From Octopus bimaculoides (lineage: Eukaryota), in assembly GCF_001194135.2 (NCBI RefSeq), contig NC_068994.1:15251275-15315274 (forward strand): 64,000 bases of DNA, written 5' to 3'. How positions within the stretch are numbered: the first letter of the stretch is position 1; every line of letters begins with the position of its first letter. Shown here in pieces: positions 1 to 12,993 of this stretch. The notes beneath the pieces are model-generated. The model did no database searches. It was not told where the DNA came from and was given only the letters and a program-made list of their open reading frames with translations. Position numbers and translations under genes: made by a program.

Positions 1-218
1 CTGTCTCAATTTCTTTAATTATTTTTAAAACTAATTATTTTGGTGTTCTCATCACATTCTTCAATTACCAGCTAGTTTTCTATTTTTGGTTTTAATCTCT
101 TTGTTCTATTTATTTCTCTACTTAGTTTTTTTCAATCTGAAGCTAACATTGATATTACCCAATGACTCAAACGATACTGTTCTGCCATACAGTACTTATT
201 TCTCTGAGAAATATGCCT

Positions 219-261
<43 letters not shown>

Positions 262-271
262 NNNNNNNNNN

Positions 272-467
272 CTCTTTTACTTGTTTCAGTCATTTGACTG
301 TGGCCATGCTGGAGCACCGCCTTTAGTCGAGAAAATCGACCCCAGGACTTATTCTTTGTAAGCCTAATACTTATTCTATCGGTCTCTTTTTGCCGAACCG
401 CTAAGTTACGGGGACGTAAACACACCAGCATCAGTTGTCAAGCAATGGTGGGGGGACAAACACACAT

Positions 468-501
<34 letters not shown>

Positions 502-660
502 GACGGGCTTCTTTCAGTTTCCGTCTACCAAATCCACTCACAAGGCTTTGGTCGGCCCGAGGCTATAGTAGAAGACACTTGCCCAAGGTGCCATGCAGTG
601 GGACTGAACCCGGAACCATGTGGTTGGTAAGCAAGCTACTTACCACACAGCCACTCCTGC
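272..660 (-). mobile_element. tRNA-derived SINE family A, near full length, with internal (TA)n/(CA)n microsatellite
   Basis: Minus strand reads gcaggagtggctgtgtggtaag...ggttccgggttcagtccc (Pol III A/B-box-like head), then gcaccttgggcaagtgtc, a microsatellite and tail gactgaaacaagtaaaagag. At least 10 related copies occur in the window. Confidence 0.9.
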
Positions 661-779
661 ACCTTTATGTATAAAAAATATATTTATGTATATAAAAATA
701 TATATTTATGTATAAAAAATATACATAAATTTTGATGATTGTATGTGTGGAAAGATGAAGGCAAACTCACCATTGTTAT

Positions 780-1260
780 GGAGGGTAAGAAAATGAATGG
801 AAGTACTATTATGAAAGGCTGCTGCATATGGAGAATGCATGGATTAAAAACGGACTATCTTATGCTGACATTACAAAGGGGCCAGCAATTTAAGTTGACA
901 GTAGCATGGTATAAAAAACAGTTAAGGACGTGAAGAAAGGGAAGCTGTGGATCCACCATGGAGGGTTGTAGACACTCGAAATATCTAGTACAATAGGATA
1001 TTTAATTACCACCATGATAATTCATCAAGTTATACAGGAAAGTGTCATACACAATGACTGGCATAGCAGTATCATCATAAATTGCTAGAAAGGCAAAGGA
1101 TATTTAAAGCGAAATGGAGCTTGCAGAAGAGGTATACCAACAAAGACATGGGAAAAAGTGAAGGTTGGTCTCAGGGCATTGGACCTCACAGAGGAGATGA
1201 TGAAGGTCTAGGGTGACCAGTGATATGAAGTTTTCAAGAAGACCTGCCTATCTCAATGCA
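780..1260 (+). mobile_element. Decayed RTE-clade LINE ORF 3' end
   Basis: Frameshifted remnants such as IWRMHG and KTWEKVKVGLRALDLTEEMMK resemble the cleaner RTE C-terminus at 49592-49909 (RLRWYGHVVRM...RPRKTW). Confidence 0.55.
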
Positions 1261-2217
1261 AATTTGTGCGTGCGCATGTATGCACAACAGACAATCCATC
1301 CAATTTCCTCCTCAAGACATTCTCAATACCCATCATCTCTTTCACTCAATACTCTTTTGCTGCTGTAATTCAGTGTGAGCAGATCGGCATATTTCATTTG
1401 CTTTTCCTTGATACCATTTACTCCTCAAAACCATTTTACTTTTTCGCCATCTTTTATGCTTAATACTGTCCTCTCTATCTATATTTTACATTGGTCACTC
1501 TCTTGGGCCATCAAATTATCTCTTTTCCACCATCATTCATTATCTCAGCTCCACAGTCTTTCAACTTCTCCAGTCACATGTCATTTCTCCCATCCCGTTT
1601 CTTTATTCCCCTGCCGGTTGTATCATGATTATTACTATTCTGCTGCTCTTCACCAAGCCACACCCATCCTTTCCTGCATTATCATCTCCACTCTCTTACC
1701 CTCCCCCAACTCATGTATCATTGGTTACTCCCTCACACCTTCTTCAAGCCAACCCATTTTTCTACAGTTGTTACCTACTCTTCCCTGCCCTTAAAACTCA
1801 ATTCTTTATAATATTCACCCTTGCATCTTTTCTCTATCTGTAACCATCTCTCACTCTCCCATGCACTCTTACAACCTCTACCCACACACACTTCCAGTTC
1901 TCCTATCTCAACTCACTTCTACTCACCTTGTATCTTGAGGGTGCTACCTCACTCTGCATTTCCACTTTTTAAATCTCTTTGCTGTTCCATCCCAGTCACT
2001 CTCACCCTCTCTTTTATAAAGTGAATAGCTGTGAGCTCCTCTGCAGCAGGAGATATATTCCATTCTGAACCTTTCTCATTTTAATCTCTCTCCCCATATA
2101 AAAAAACTGCCTCCTTCTCTATTGTAGCTCTACTGAATTAAAAGGGCTTCTTAGACTTGCAGGGTGCGTAGAAACTTCACTAGTGTTGCTGGTGCAATAA
2201 AAATGTACTTCCACATA

Positions 2218-2385
2218 CAGGCACAGGTATGGCTGTGTGGCAAGAAGCTTGCTTCTCAACCACATGGTCCCAGTTTCAGTCCCACTGCCTGGCAACCTAT
2301 TGTAGTCACAGGCCAACCAAAGCCTTGTGAGTGGATTTAGTAGACAGAAACTGAAAGAAGCCTGTTGTGTGTGTGTGTGTGTGTG

Positions 2386-2431
<46 letters not shown>
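2218..2431 (+). mobile_element. SINE family A, 5' half ending in (TG)n
   Basis: ggtatggctgtgtggcaagaagcttgc...ggtcccagtttcagtcccactg...aaagccttgtgagtggatttagtagacagaaactgaaagaagcc, then a TG microsatellite. Confidence 0.85.
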
Positions 2432-2434
<3 letters not shown>

Positions 2435-3105
2435 ACCTTCCACATACAAAAGTTAGGTTACCTGTTAACCTTCCTCTGATGTTGCTGCACCTTTTATGTG
2501 TCCAAAACTTACACTGAATGCATTTAATGGAGTTTCTACCTACACCTTTTCTACAGATTCAATAGGGCTGTTTACCTGAATGGATTTGTGATTTATCTGC
2601 CTTCCTACTTACTAAGACTTTGGTTTTTGCTAGGTTAATGCTAGACTTTACTTCCATACCTGGAACTTCTTTAGTTCAGGTAGTGATTCAGCTATAAGAG
2701 CAAGGTCATCAGCATAGAGGAGCTCCCAGACGCAGCCTGTCTTGAATTCCTCTGTTATTGCCTGGAGGACTATGATGAACAAGAGGAGGTTGAGGACCGA
2801 TCGTTGGTGAACCCCTACTTGTACCCTGAATTCTTCACTATATTTGTTGCCCACCCTCACTTTATCAGTAGTGTCCCTGTACAAGGCTTGTATAGCTCTT
2901 ACCAACCACTCATCTATCCCTAGTTTTCGTATAGACCAGCAGATAAGTGATCAGAGGACCCTATCAAAAGCTTTCTCCAAGTCAGCAAACGCCAAGTACA
3001 GAGGTTTCTCTTTGGCTAGGTATTTCTTCAGAAATATAGCATCGGTGATGCTTCTCCCTGGCACAAAACCAAACTGCATCTCATCTAGACTAACTCTCTC
3101 TATAT
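2432..3105 (-). mobile_element. RTE-clade LINE reverse transcriptase pseudogene fragment
   Basis: Translations include LALFADLEKAFDRVL, VGVHQRSVLNLLLF, ELLYADDLALIAES (YADD catalytic motif) and INLAKTKVL. Stops and frameshifts are present. Confidence 0.92.
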
Positions 3106-5166
3106 ATTAATGTTTGTGTATATATGTAATATATGTAAGTATATATATGTGTGTGTATATGTGTATGTATATATGTGTGTATGCATGTGTGAATATATGT
3201 ATGTATGTGTGTGTGTATATATATGTATATAGATAAATATGCGTATATATAAATATAGTGTAATAAAGAGATAGATGTTATATAAACATAATCATAAATA
3301 TAACAACCAAAACAAAAGTACTCCTAGATAATTCTTTACACGTTTCAAAAAATTTAGCAACTGGCTGATGTGATAATGTGTATTATGCAAATGACTGTGC
3401 ATATTGAGTTAGTAATACACATTAAACAAATAGAAAAAGACTTTGAACCCCAAAATTTTCCCTTCAGATGTTGAAAGAGGTATGGCAGAATGTGATTTAT
3501 CTAACACACTTGTTTTTAAGAGTATGGCACCATCAATAAATGATGGAAGAAATGCCAGTTAGTGACGATGTTTTATAAATAGTGATAGTAGCAGAAGTGG
3601 GTGAGGGTGAGTAGAGGCGAGAAAATTATAGGAAAATGAAAGAACAAGGAAAAAAAGCAAACACATCCAGAACAGAGAAGAAAGGGTAAGTGATGATCAG
3701 TTATAAAGAATCAGACTAATTGAAACATGTCATAAATCAAAATTTGGAGAAGACGAAATCAAGGCATGAAAGAAAGAAAAACAATTTAGGCTCCACTTCT
3801 AAGTGAGTGGCAGAACAGTTTTCGGTGGCCTAAATACACTATAAGTATTCATGAGTATAGACTATGCAGAGCAGGAGGCATGGTAAAAAATGTCAAGAAT
3901 TAAATAATGAAGAGAAAAATAAAACTAATGTTTTTTTTTGTTTTTTTTTATTCCTCTTTGGTCCAGTAAGTGTTATTTTCTTTTTGTTTCTACCTAGAAA
4001 TCAAAGGAAATGATTATTACTCCCTTCAAACTTTGCTTTTATTACCTGGAAGTTATTTGAAAACGACCTGTTTTCCGTTACATTTCAGACAGACTCAGTG
4101 TTGAGTTGCAGAAGCAGAAATATTGTTAAAGCAAATATTCTGCTCATTACCACAGATTTGCTTGTCTGTTGCTAGAACATGTCCTTTAGTGGCTGACAGT
4201 ATGTGCATTTCTGATTATGAGCAGAAGTGGTGGGTGAGCATCATAGCCATGTGTTGAAAGGGATTCTTTGGAGTTTGAATAAATGTAAAAAAAAAAAATT
4301 TAAAAAAAAAAAAAAAAAAAGCAAAGTTCGAAGGAAACATTAACCATTTCTCATACTTTCTAAGAGTAAGCAAATAAGAAGTAACAGTTGCTACAAAAAC
4401 TGTATTACACATCGTAATAGAATAGGATGAAAAAAAATGAAGGAAAAGAAAAAGAAAGGTAAAAGAAGAAATATATATAGAGTGCTAAACCATGAAAGTT
4501 ATAGGACAATAGATATAAAATATAATTTACAATTTATGAAGACTTAAGGTACCATAGGTATAAAGGTATGATATTACTCTAATTATAAGAAAAACAGCTG
4601 AAGAAGGATATCCAAGAACCTAAGATGAGGGTATTCGGTTAAAATATAGATGATAGCTATCTAATGGTGTTGGAGTATATTGATCTATAGTAAAAACATT
4701 TTGGAAAAGCAATGTCTGCAGGATGTGATTGTGTCCTGCTGTCTTAGAAAATTCAACTTTCCATTATATCTCCATAATATTTCCAGAGATTCCCTGCTGC
4801 ACAAATTGCATGTAGTTCAACTATCTTCCAGTTTGTTAGAATAGACTAGATAATCTCATAAGAAATGTTCTTAGTCCTTAGGTGATGGACATAATTTGCT
4901 CATGCAATGGGTGATTTTAAATTTAATATTAGAAAATGAACTAAGAAGCATCTTTTCAAATCAGTGAACAATCCAGTATATACTTTAGTCAAATTCAAGT
5001 GCTTAGTATAAACAATGCTTCTGTTGTGTTGTTAGTAATGAACTCTCAGAGGACAATTGTTGGGTATTCTACAATTATTATTTGTATCACATGATAAATA
5101 ACCATTAACAATTGTCTTTTTTATTAATATTCCAATTTATCATACTATTATTAATAATACTATCAA

Positions 5167-5202
<36 letters not shown>

Positions 5203-5203
5203 T

Positions 5204-5410
5204 AAGGTGGTGAGCTGGCAGAATCATTAGCGTGCTGGACAAAATGCATGGCCGTATTTCACCCATCGCTACGTTCTGGGTTCAAATTCCGCTGAGGTCG
5301 ACTTTACCTTTCATCCTTTCGGGGTCAAACACTGGGATTGATGTAATCGACTCATTCCCACCTCCCACAAGCTGCCTTTGTGGCAAAAATGAAATTATTA
5401 TTATTATTAC
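5204..5410 (+). mobile_element. tRNA-derived SINE family B
   Basis: aaggtggtgagctggcagaatcattagc...gggttcaaattccgctgaggtcgactttacctttcatcc...ctgggattgatgtaatcgact, flanked by (ATT)n. Confidence 0.85.
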
Positions 5411-5626
5411 TATTAACAAGTATATGATTATCTACAATCACTTTATTATTGGAACAACTATAATTACTATAATTATAATTTTTATTAATATTATTTAGCA
5501 TTAGTAGTGTTAATGCTAATGTCACTGTAATTCTGAGGTAATTTTTAAATTTTTATTTCTAATTTTACCTTCAACTTCAGTCACATTATCATTATCATCA
5601 TCATCATCAAAATTAGTAACAAAGAT

Positions 5627-5835
5627 AACGAGCTTGGAGAATCGCCGGAGATAATGCTTAGCAATATTTCATCCATCTTTACATTCTGAGTTCAAAATCC
5701 ATTGAAGCTGACTTTGCCTTTCATCCGTTTGGAGTCAATGAAATAAGTACTAATTGAGCACTAGGGTCAATGCAGTTGACAAGCCCTTTCTTAATTGCTG
5801 GCTTTGTGTTTACTATAGTAGAGAGGATTATTATT
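5627..5835 (+). mobile_element. SINE family B, diverged
   Basis: gagcttggagaatc...ttctgagttcaaaatccattgaagctgactttgcctttcatcc...aataagtactaattgagcactagggtcaatg aligns by eye to the other B copies. Confidence 0.7.
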
Positions 5836-8800
5836 ACAACAATTATTATACTCAGTGTTAGAACTTACTATTATAAGCTACTCCAGGGTAGTTACGGATA
5901 AGGCCTAGTTTCTGTCAGTTATAGAACCAAGATTAGGTGTAGTTGAGTAAGAGAACCTCATAGTGGAAGTATTAAGTATGGAGTAGTTCTTATCTTGAAT
6001 GGGGAGAAATTAGACTTTAGAATATTAACGAAAAGTTTAGGCAGAGATTTAACTAGTAACCAAGATGGCAGTTTCAGCTATAGACCTTCTTGGCTCCTAC
6101 TGTCATCCAGAATGCTTTAGTTGGATAGAATCAACCACAGTAAGAGAAGTTTCTGACTCATCTGTGCTGTGTATACAGAGATAATCTCATGCAAAACCAG
6201 GGGCGAATCATAGGTATTTGAAGTATGCTTAGCAAGGGAGAAACTTATTTTACATTACAGAGTGCTCTGTAAGAAATTTTATCAGAGAAACCACTAGCTA
6301 AGTGGAGCCTAGTTATATATATTATTGAAGATATCTTCATTTGTGAATAGATTGCAAATTCTAATGGAAACACTTTTAACAACATTATTTAGGACAGATC
6401 TATGATGGTTAAATTTAACATTAGTATATTGGAAGCCTTCATTAGTTTCATGAAAGAGAAAATATCAGCTTGAATTTAAATCTAAATCCATGTCTAAGCA
6501 ATGAAGCTGTTTTGAAAGTATTATTGAAGGTAATGGATAAATTGATTTTACTAAAACAATTATATAAAGCTTTTCAGGTACATGCAAGGCTAGATTTGGA
6601 ATGACCAATAGCAACTAGCAATGCTTTAGTTTTATAAAAATATGAGTGTAGTTTGTATAGAAGAGAAAGACTAACTAGTGTCTTTTTACCTATTTGAGAT
6701 ATATATATATATATATATATATAAGTCAGTAAATAGTGGGGTTGTGTTAACCGCACGTGGAGAAATAATAGGAAAATGAAAAATAAGAAGAAGGCAGAAT
6801 GCTAAACTGAAAGCATATTTTAATATAGATGTGTAAAAAGGATTTCTGACCGGCTTTCACTGCATGGCAAATTTTCAAGAAGAGGGAGAATGAAAATGTT
6901 TTTTTACAAAAAAGTAAAAAATAATATATAAAAAAATAAATATACCAATACATTATATTGTCTTGGAGCTTTTAAAGTTCAATGGTAATCCATGTAGATA
7001 ATAGNNNNNNNNNNNNNNNNNNNNNNNNNNNNNNNNNNNNNNNNNNNNNNNNNNNNNNNNNNNNNNNNNNNNNNNNNNNNNNNNNNNNNNNNNNNNNNNN
7101 NNNNNNNNNNNNNNNNNNNNNNNNNNNNNNNNNNNNNNNNNNNNNNNNNNNNNNNNNNNNNNNNNNNNNNNNNNNNNNNNNNNNNNNNNNNNNNNNNNNN
7201 NNNNNNNNNNNNNNNNNNNNNNNNNNNNNNNNNNNNNNNNNNNNNNNNNNNNNNNNNNNNNNNNNNNNNNNNNNNNNNNNNNNNNNNNNNNNNNNNNNNN
7301 NNNNNNNNNNNNNNNNNNNNNNNNNNNNNNNNNNNNNNNNNNNNNNNNNNNNNNNNNNNNNNNNNNNNNNNNNNNNNNNNNNNNNNNNNNNNNNNNNNNN
7401 NNNNNNNNNNNNNNNNNNNNNNNNNNNNNNNNNNNNNNNNNNNNNNNNNNNNNNNNNNNNNNNNNNNNNNNNNNNNNNNNNNNNNNNNNNNNNNNNNNNN
7501 NNNNNNNNNNNNNNNNNNNNNNNNNNNNNNNNNNNNNNNNNNNNNNNNNNNNNNNNNNNNNNNNNNNNNNNNNNNNNNNNNNNNNNNNNNNNNNNNNNNN
7601 NNNNNNNNNNNNNNNNNNNNNNNNNNNNNNNNNNNNNNNNNNNNNNNNNNNNNNNNNNNNNNNNNNNNNNNNNNNNNNNNNNNNNNNNNNNNNNNNNNNN
7701 NNNNNNNNNNNNNNNNNNNNNNNNNNNNNNNNNNNNNNNNNNNNNNNNNNNNNNNNNNNNNNNNNNNNNNNNNNNNNNNNNNNNNNNNNNNNNNNNNNNN
7801 NNNNNNNNNNNNNNNNNNNNNNNNNNNNNNNNNNNNNNNNNNNNNNNNNNNNNNNNNNNNNNNNNNNNNNNNNNNNNNNNNNNNNNNNNNNNNNNNNNNN
7901 NNNNNNNNNNNNNNNNNNNNNNNNNNNNNNNNNNNNNNNNNNNNNNNNNNNNNNNNNNNNNNNNNNNNNNNNNNTATACATACATATACATACACACACA
8001 CACGCACGCACATACATATATTTATACATGTGTATGTATGCCTTTGTGTGTGTGTGCCCAAATGTTCCTAAACAAACAAAAATTCTTGAAAAACTTGTTA
8101 TGACCAAGGCAAAAGAAATCTCAATGAGAATGAAGACCAAAAGAAAAAAGCATTCTGTTTGTAGTTACCCATAATCTTAGAAACCATACCGTCTTATATT
8201 CAACCTGACCATACCTTCCCCTTCTATAGCAGCCATCAAATCTCAGAAAAATAATTTAAAGAATCACAAATTAACAGTCAAATGTGGAAAGACTCTTAAC
8301 AAAGGCACAATCCACATCAGAAGAAATATTTCAGGTAACAAAATGTGGAGACTTCTTTGTGGGATGTGTGAATTAATGGAAAAGGGCAAAACCAAAAACA
8401 TTCGTGAATGGGAAAGAATTGTAGGTTAATGCACATATGAATTGCAAAACAAAACAAAAAAATCCTCATTTACTGCATCACATGCTCACAATGCAATGAG
8501 AATTATATTGAGCAAACAGGATCAGAATTAATGCATTGTGTTAGGATACATACACAACAAATCAGATTCATCTCTTAGAAATGTTTCATACAGAGAACAT
8601 TCTAGACATTTGTGCAAATGGAAAATTGAAAATATTACCTTTTCTCAAAATAAAGGAAGAACAAATTCAACTGTGAAAGGCAAAAGAAGAATATTGTATA
8701 ATAATTTAAAATCCAAAACTAGATCAGAAACGGTCAATACCTCTACTAAAAATAACTACCTCTGTATGGATCACCTTACAACAGTTTGAAGTGGTTGTTT

Positions 8801-9384
8801 AATGTGTGAGTGTGTGTGTGTGTTATTAAGAGAAATTATTGTCTTTATTTTCTTAGTGCAGCTTTAAAAATTGTCATTGCACTATTTCTGTTATACTTAT
8901 GCAATATTAAAGGAAACTGTCTCATTGCTGAAGAAAGTAAATACCAAATAGTTAAAAAAAAAAAAAACTGTGGTCAACTGAAAGAGTGAAACAACAGTAT
9001 TAAAGTTATATTTGGTAGGGTAACTTAATATAGTGAGTTGAATGGCTTCAGTCAACTTATGTTATTGAAGCAGTTAGTAGATGAAAAAAAAGTCTACCTC
9101 TAGCAGTGTTACTGTAAAATCAATGGGCAAGAAAGATTATTCTCATAAAATCAACCAATTTTGGAATTTTGGAAAATATATGCAATGTAGATGGGAATGG
9201 AAACAAAGGTCACAGTTTGGTCTTGTACCTGTTCAATGAAGAATTTTCTACTTAGTTGGCATGATTAAGGATGATGAATATGTTTAGAAATAGGAGCAAT
9301 GTAATGACATTGATTATGAAAGAAAATGTAACTGAGAGAAAATACTTCCAAGGAGCATGCCACTTACCTGCTACAAATATGTCA

Positions 9385-9690
9385 GACATTCGAGCGAGAT
9401 CGTGCCAGTGCCACTGGACTGGCTCCTGTGCAGGTTGCACGTAAAATACACTATTTTGAGCGTGGCCGTTGCCAGTACCTCCTGACTGGCCTTCGTGCCG
9501 GTGGCACGTAAAGGCACCCACTACACTCTCTGAATGGTTGACGTTAGGAAGGGCATCTAGCTGTAGAAACTCTACCAAATCAGATTGGAGCCTGGTGTAG
9601 CCATCTGGTTTCACCAGTCCTCAGTCAAATCGTCCAACCCATGCTAGCATGGAAAGCGGACGTTAAACGATGATGATGATGATGATGATG
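9385..9690 (+). mobile_element. RTE LINE 3' UTR/tail copy (5'-truncated) ending in (GAT)n
   Basis: ...gttaggaagggcatctagctgtagaaac...catgctagcatggaaagcggacgttaaacgatgatgatg. The same sequence lies downstream of an RTE ORF at 49139-49905. Confidence 0.85.
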
Positions 9691-12252
9691 AGTGAGTTGA
9701 AAAACTTTCACTAACTGAAATTATTCATGCAATTGAATAAATCTCCCTCTAAAAGCAACAAGTGAAGAAGACAAATCCAATATGATCAGCCTACTGAAAT
9801 GTCAGGAAAATCTACTCTATGCAGGTAGCTGTAGATCTTGTCTTCTCTGTGATTTGAAAATCTCCCTCACTTTTACGTTAATCACTAATCTTTTGTTGAC
9901 TTTACCAGATCTGTGTAGGTATTACCTAAGAAATGTTTCTTTCTTTGTTTCCAGTGTTGGGTCTCTTTACATTAGTGTTTACTTGGTCCACTTACTATAT
10001 CTGACATTTTCACCTTGGTTTTCCTTCTCAACTGTTTCTCCTTAAAATACTTGTCCTAAATTGCATGTAGTAACCTATTTTTTCTTGGGTTTCTCTTTGG
10101 AATTCTTTTATTTCTAGTCTCTAGTTATTTTGGGGGTTTTTTTTCCCTTATAATTTCAAATTAATAAAAAGTTTTCTTAAAACTTTACTCATTAAATTTC
10201 GTTCTTTAGGCTATCATAAAGCCTATAGATTGAAAATGGGTCATATTAATCATATGTTCTTCTTTGGTGTTCATTTTATTCATCAATAACTTAGAACAGT
10301 TATTTGAAATAGTAACAAATATGATGTGTGTGTGAGTGTATGTGTGCGTGAACAGCATGCTCTTGGTTTCCTAATTTTGAAATTTTAAAATCATATCTTT
10401 AAGCTAACATCCTCTACTAGGCAGTAGACTCATCTTCGTGCCTACTTAATTCATATTTTGTTGTTAAATCATAACTCAATGTTAATTGTTAAGACATTTT
10501 ATTATTTGTAATCTTGAAAGTAAAATAACTTATATGATTTTCTAGAGTTTGTTTTCCTTGTTATCATCAAACAGAATTTCAATTCTAATCTGATCTTTAT
10601 TCTTGCGAATCAAATGTTTTAAATTACTGTCATATACTTGATACACTAGAAAGCATATTTGAAATATTTGGTTAAGAGAAACTTCAGAATCATACACATA
10701 TTATAATCACTGAACCTAACACCGAGCATCTTTCTATGTGGGTGTGCACATACACTTGTACACAGTCAAGTAATATATATGGCTATAGTGTACCTTTTTG
10801 TTTTGTTTTTTACCCACTTTTTTTTTTTCTTATTATATATCAAAATTTTATTGATTTCTTTTGTGTAGATTTACTGTAGAAGTTGAAACATTCTTATCAT
10901 CACTGTCAAACTATCAGCTCACATTATCTCCAGCAAAGCATAACCTCTATTGTACTTAAATAAAGGTCATTTTAACTTAGGCTTGAATTGTATGTAGTTT
11001 GGAGAACTTTCTCTTATAGATTTTAATTTTTTTTTTTTTTTTTTTTTTNNNNNNNNNNNNNNNNNNNNNNNNNNNNNNNNNNNNNNNNNNNNNNNNNNNN
11101 NNNNNNNNNNNNNNNNNNNNNNNNNNNNNNNNNNNNNNNNNNNNNNNNNNNNNNNNNNNNNNNNNNNNNNNNNNNNNNNNNNNNNNNNNNNNNNNNNNNN
11201 NNNNNNNNNNNNNNNNNNNNNNNNNNNNNNNNNNNNNNNNNNNNNNNNNNNNNNNNNNNNNNNNNNNNNNNNNNNNNNNNNNNNNNNNNNNNNNNNNNNN
11301 NNNNNNNNNNNNNNNNNNNNNNNNNNNNNNNNNNNNNNNNNNNNNNNNNNNNNNNNNNNNNNNNNNNNNNNNNNNNNNNNNNNNTAAATATTTAGGAAAA
11401 AATATTTTATTTTATTTAAAACTGACTTATACCAGCGTTGTTGTTGTTATTATTATTATTACTATTATTATTATCATTATTATTTACACATCTATAAAAC
11501 TGGTTTTTTTTTCTATCTTATTTTCTGTTTCTTATTTTCTCTTCTTTTTAAATTCAAAGTGAAATTATTAAAAGGCAGTTCTATTAATGACTTCCTTATC
11601 TGTTGATTGATTTCTTCTCTAAAGATATCCAAATTGAAACAAATGGAACTATGCTTTTCTTTTCAAAAGCAGTTCTTTAGTTATTTCAGTGGTGTATGCT
11701 GTACACTGAACCTCAAGGTCACCTTCTTCTCTCAGTAGGAATTCCGGATTAACTCATTTGCTACTCTTTTTGTACTTTTTTCCTTATAGTTTTAATACGA
11801 AACATTGCTATTTTGTTGTATTACTGATTAATGAGTACCTTCAATGGATTTTTCTCAAACAAATATCTGAGAATATAAAAAGTACCCCAGTTCTTTTCCT
11901 TTATAATTCTTTTATTGTATTCTACATTTCTTTTACTTCCTCTTTCTTTTACTCCTCAATTTTAAAAATCTAATTTAAACTCTTAGTTATAGAGCTGTGT
12001 TGGGGTGTATAAGTCTGAGAATTAATTAGAAACTCTCTTGGTACTGTTACAATAGCATTGCATTGCCAGACTTGGCAGCTTCTGACAACTGTTTTTATTT
12101 GTTAACCAATCATTTGCAATCGTGATCACAGAAAAAAAAATTTCTTTTTGAATTTGTCTCTGTTTTTTTTTCCTTTTTTTTTTTTTTTTTTTTTTGAGGG
12201 TTTTTTTTTCTTCTTTGAACTATTTTGTTTCTTTTTTTTTTCCTCCCTTCAG

Positions 12253-12381
12253 ACAATAGATTACGTGAAGACAACCAAGAGTTAGAAAAACGCATCAAAA
12301 AAGAAAAAGATTCTAAGTATCTCACTGAAGAAGAACTAGAAAGTAGACAGATGCAAAATATTGCACCTCGAGGAAAAGCAG
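12253..12381 (+). CDS. Internal exon (129 nt, phase 1-1) of an unidentified gene; coiled-coil-like peptide DNRLREDNQELEKRIKKEKDSKYLTEEELESRQMQNIAPRGKA
   Basis: Long pyrimidine tract plus ttcag acceptor, gcag|gtaagt donor, open charged helical peptide. Phase matches the next exon. Confidence 0.88.
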
Positions 12382-12993
12382 GTAAGTTCACACACACACA
12401 CACACACACACATAGGATTGTAATATCAGTTTACCCTTTATAACAATGCAAAAAGAAGAAAAACTAGGAAGAGGTGGAGGGAAAACATTAAAAAAATCTA
12501 TTATTGCTATTTTCTTTTTTTTTTTCTTGTGTTTCATTTTTGAAAAAATAGCTTTATCTCTGTAAATAGCTGTGAGTTATTATAACCTAAACTGACTCTT
12601 TCTTTGTACATCTCATTAGGACAGTATTCAATTAATCAATAATATTAATTTTATGCAAGTGTGATAAATAAAGCCACTATTGTGACCTCTCCCTAATGAA
12701 CTGCGTCCATCAATGGGCAATTAATGTTATTGATTTCAAGAGTTAATAAAAACACACACACAAACACACACAAAAAAAAAGAACTGTAACCCATTGTAGG
12801 ATTTAAGTTTAGCACTGCTGAAAGGCAATAAAATACTTGTCAGTTATGCAGAGGCATGTTATATACCTCACTTGGTACCTATTTACAGGTAATGAAATAT
12901 GCTAATGAAACTGTAATCTCATACTCTACTTGAGGTTGATATCATATTAACTCAGATAACTAAATTTTAGATAATTAGATTATTTCTTACCTG

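Noticed and set aside
445-630. Recurring small ORFs DGLLSVSVYQIHSQGFG... (also 47644, 50766, 53847) and MKPDG...EFLQLDALP (9252, 48611, 49215)
   Set aside because: These are incidental translations of SINE A and the RTE 3' UTR, not a gene family.
1266-2100. Pyrimidine-rich ORFs here, and the purine-rich block at 51550-52230
   Set aside because: Stop-poor because of strand compositional bias. Probably very old LINE debris, but no diagnostic motif was found.
5880-6200. Possible CR1/L2-type LINE 3' remnant
   Set aside because: Only vague similarity by eye, not enough to call as a feature.
6953-8140. Long ORFs in the track here and at 28516, 30291, 34432, 43170, 46438 and 54763
   Set aside because: They are open only because they span runs of N (assembly gaps).
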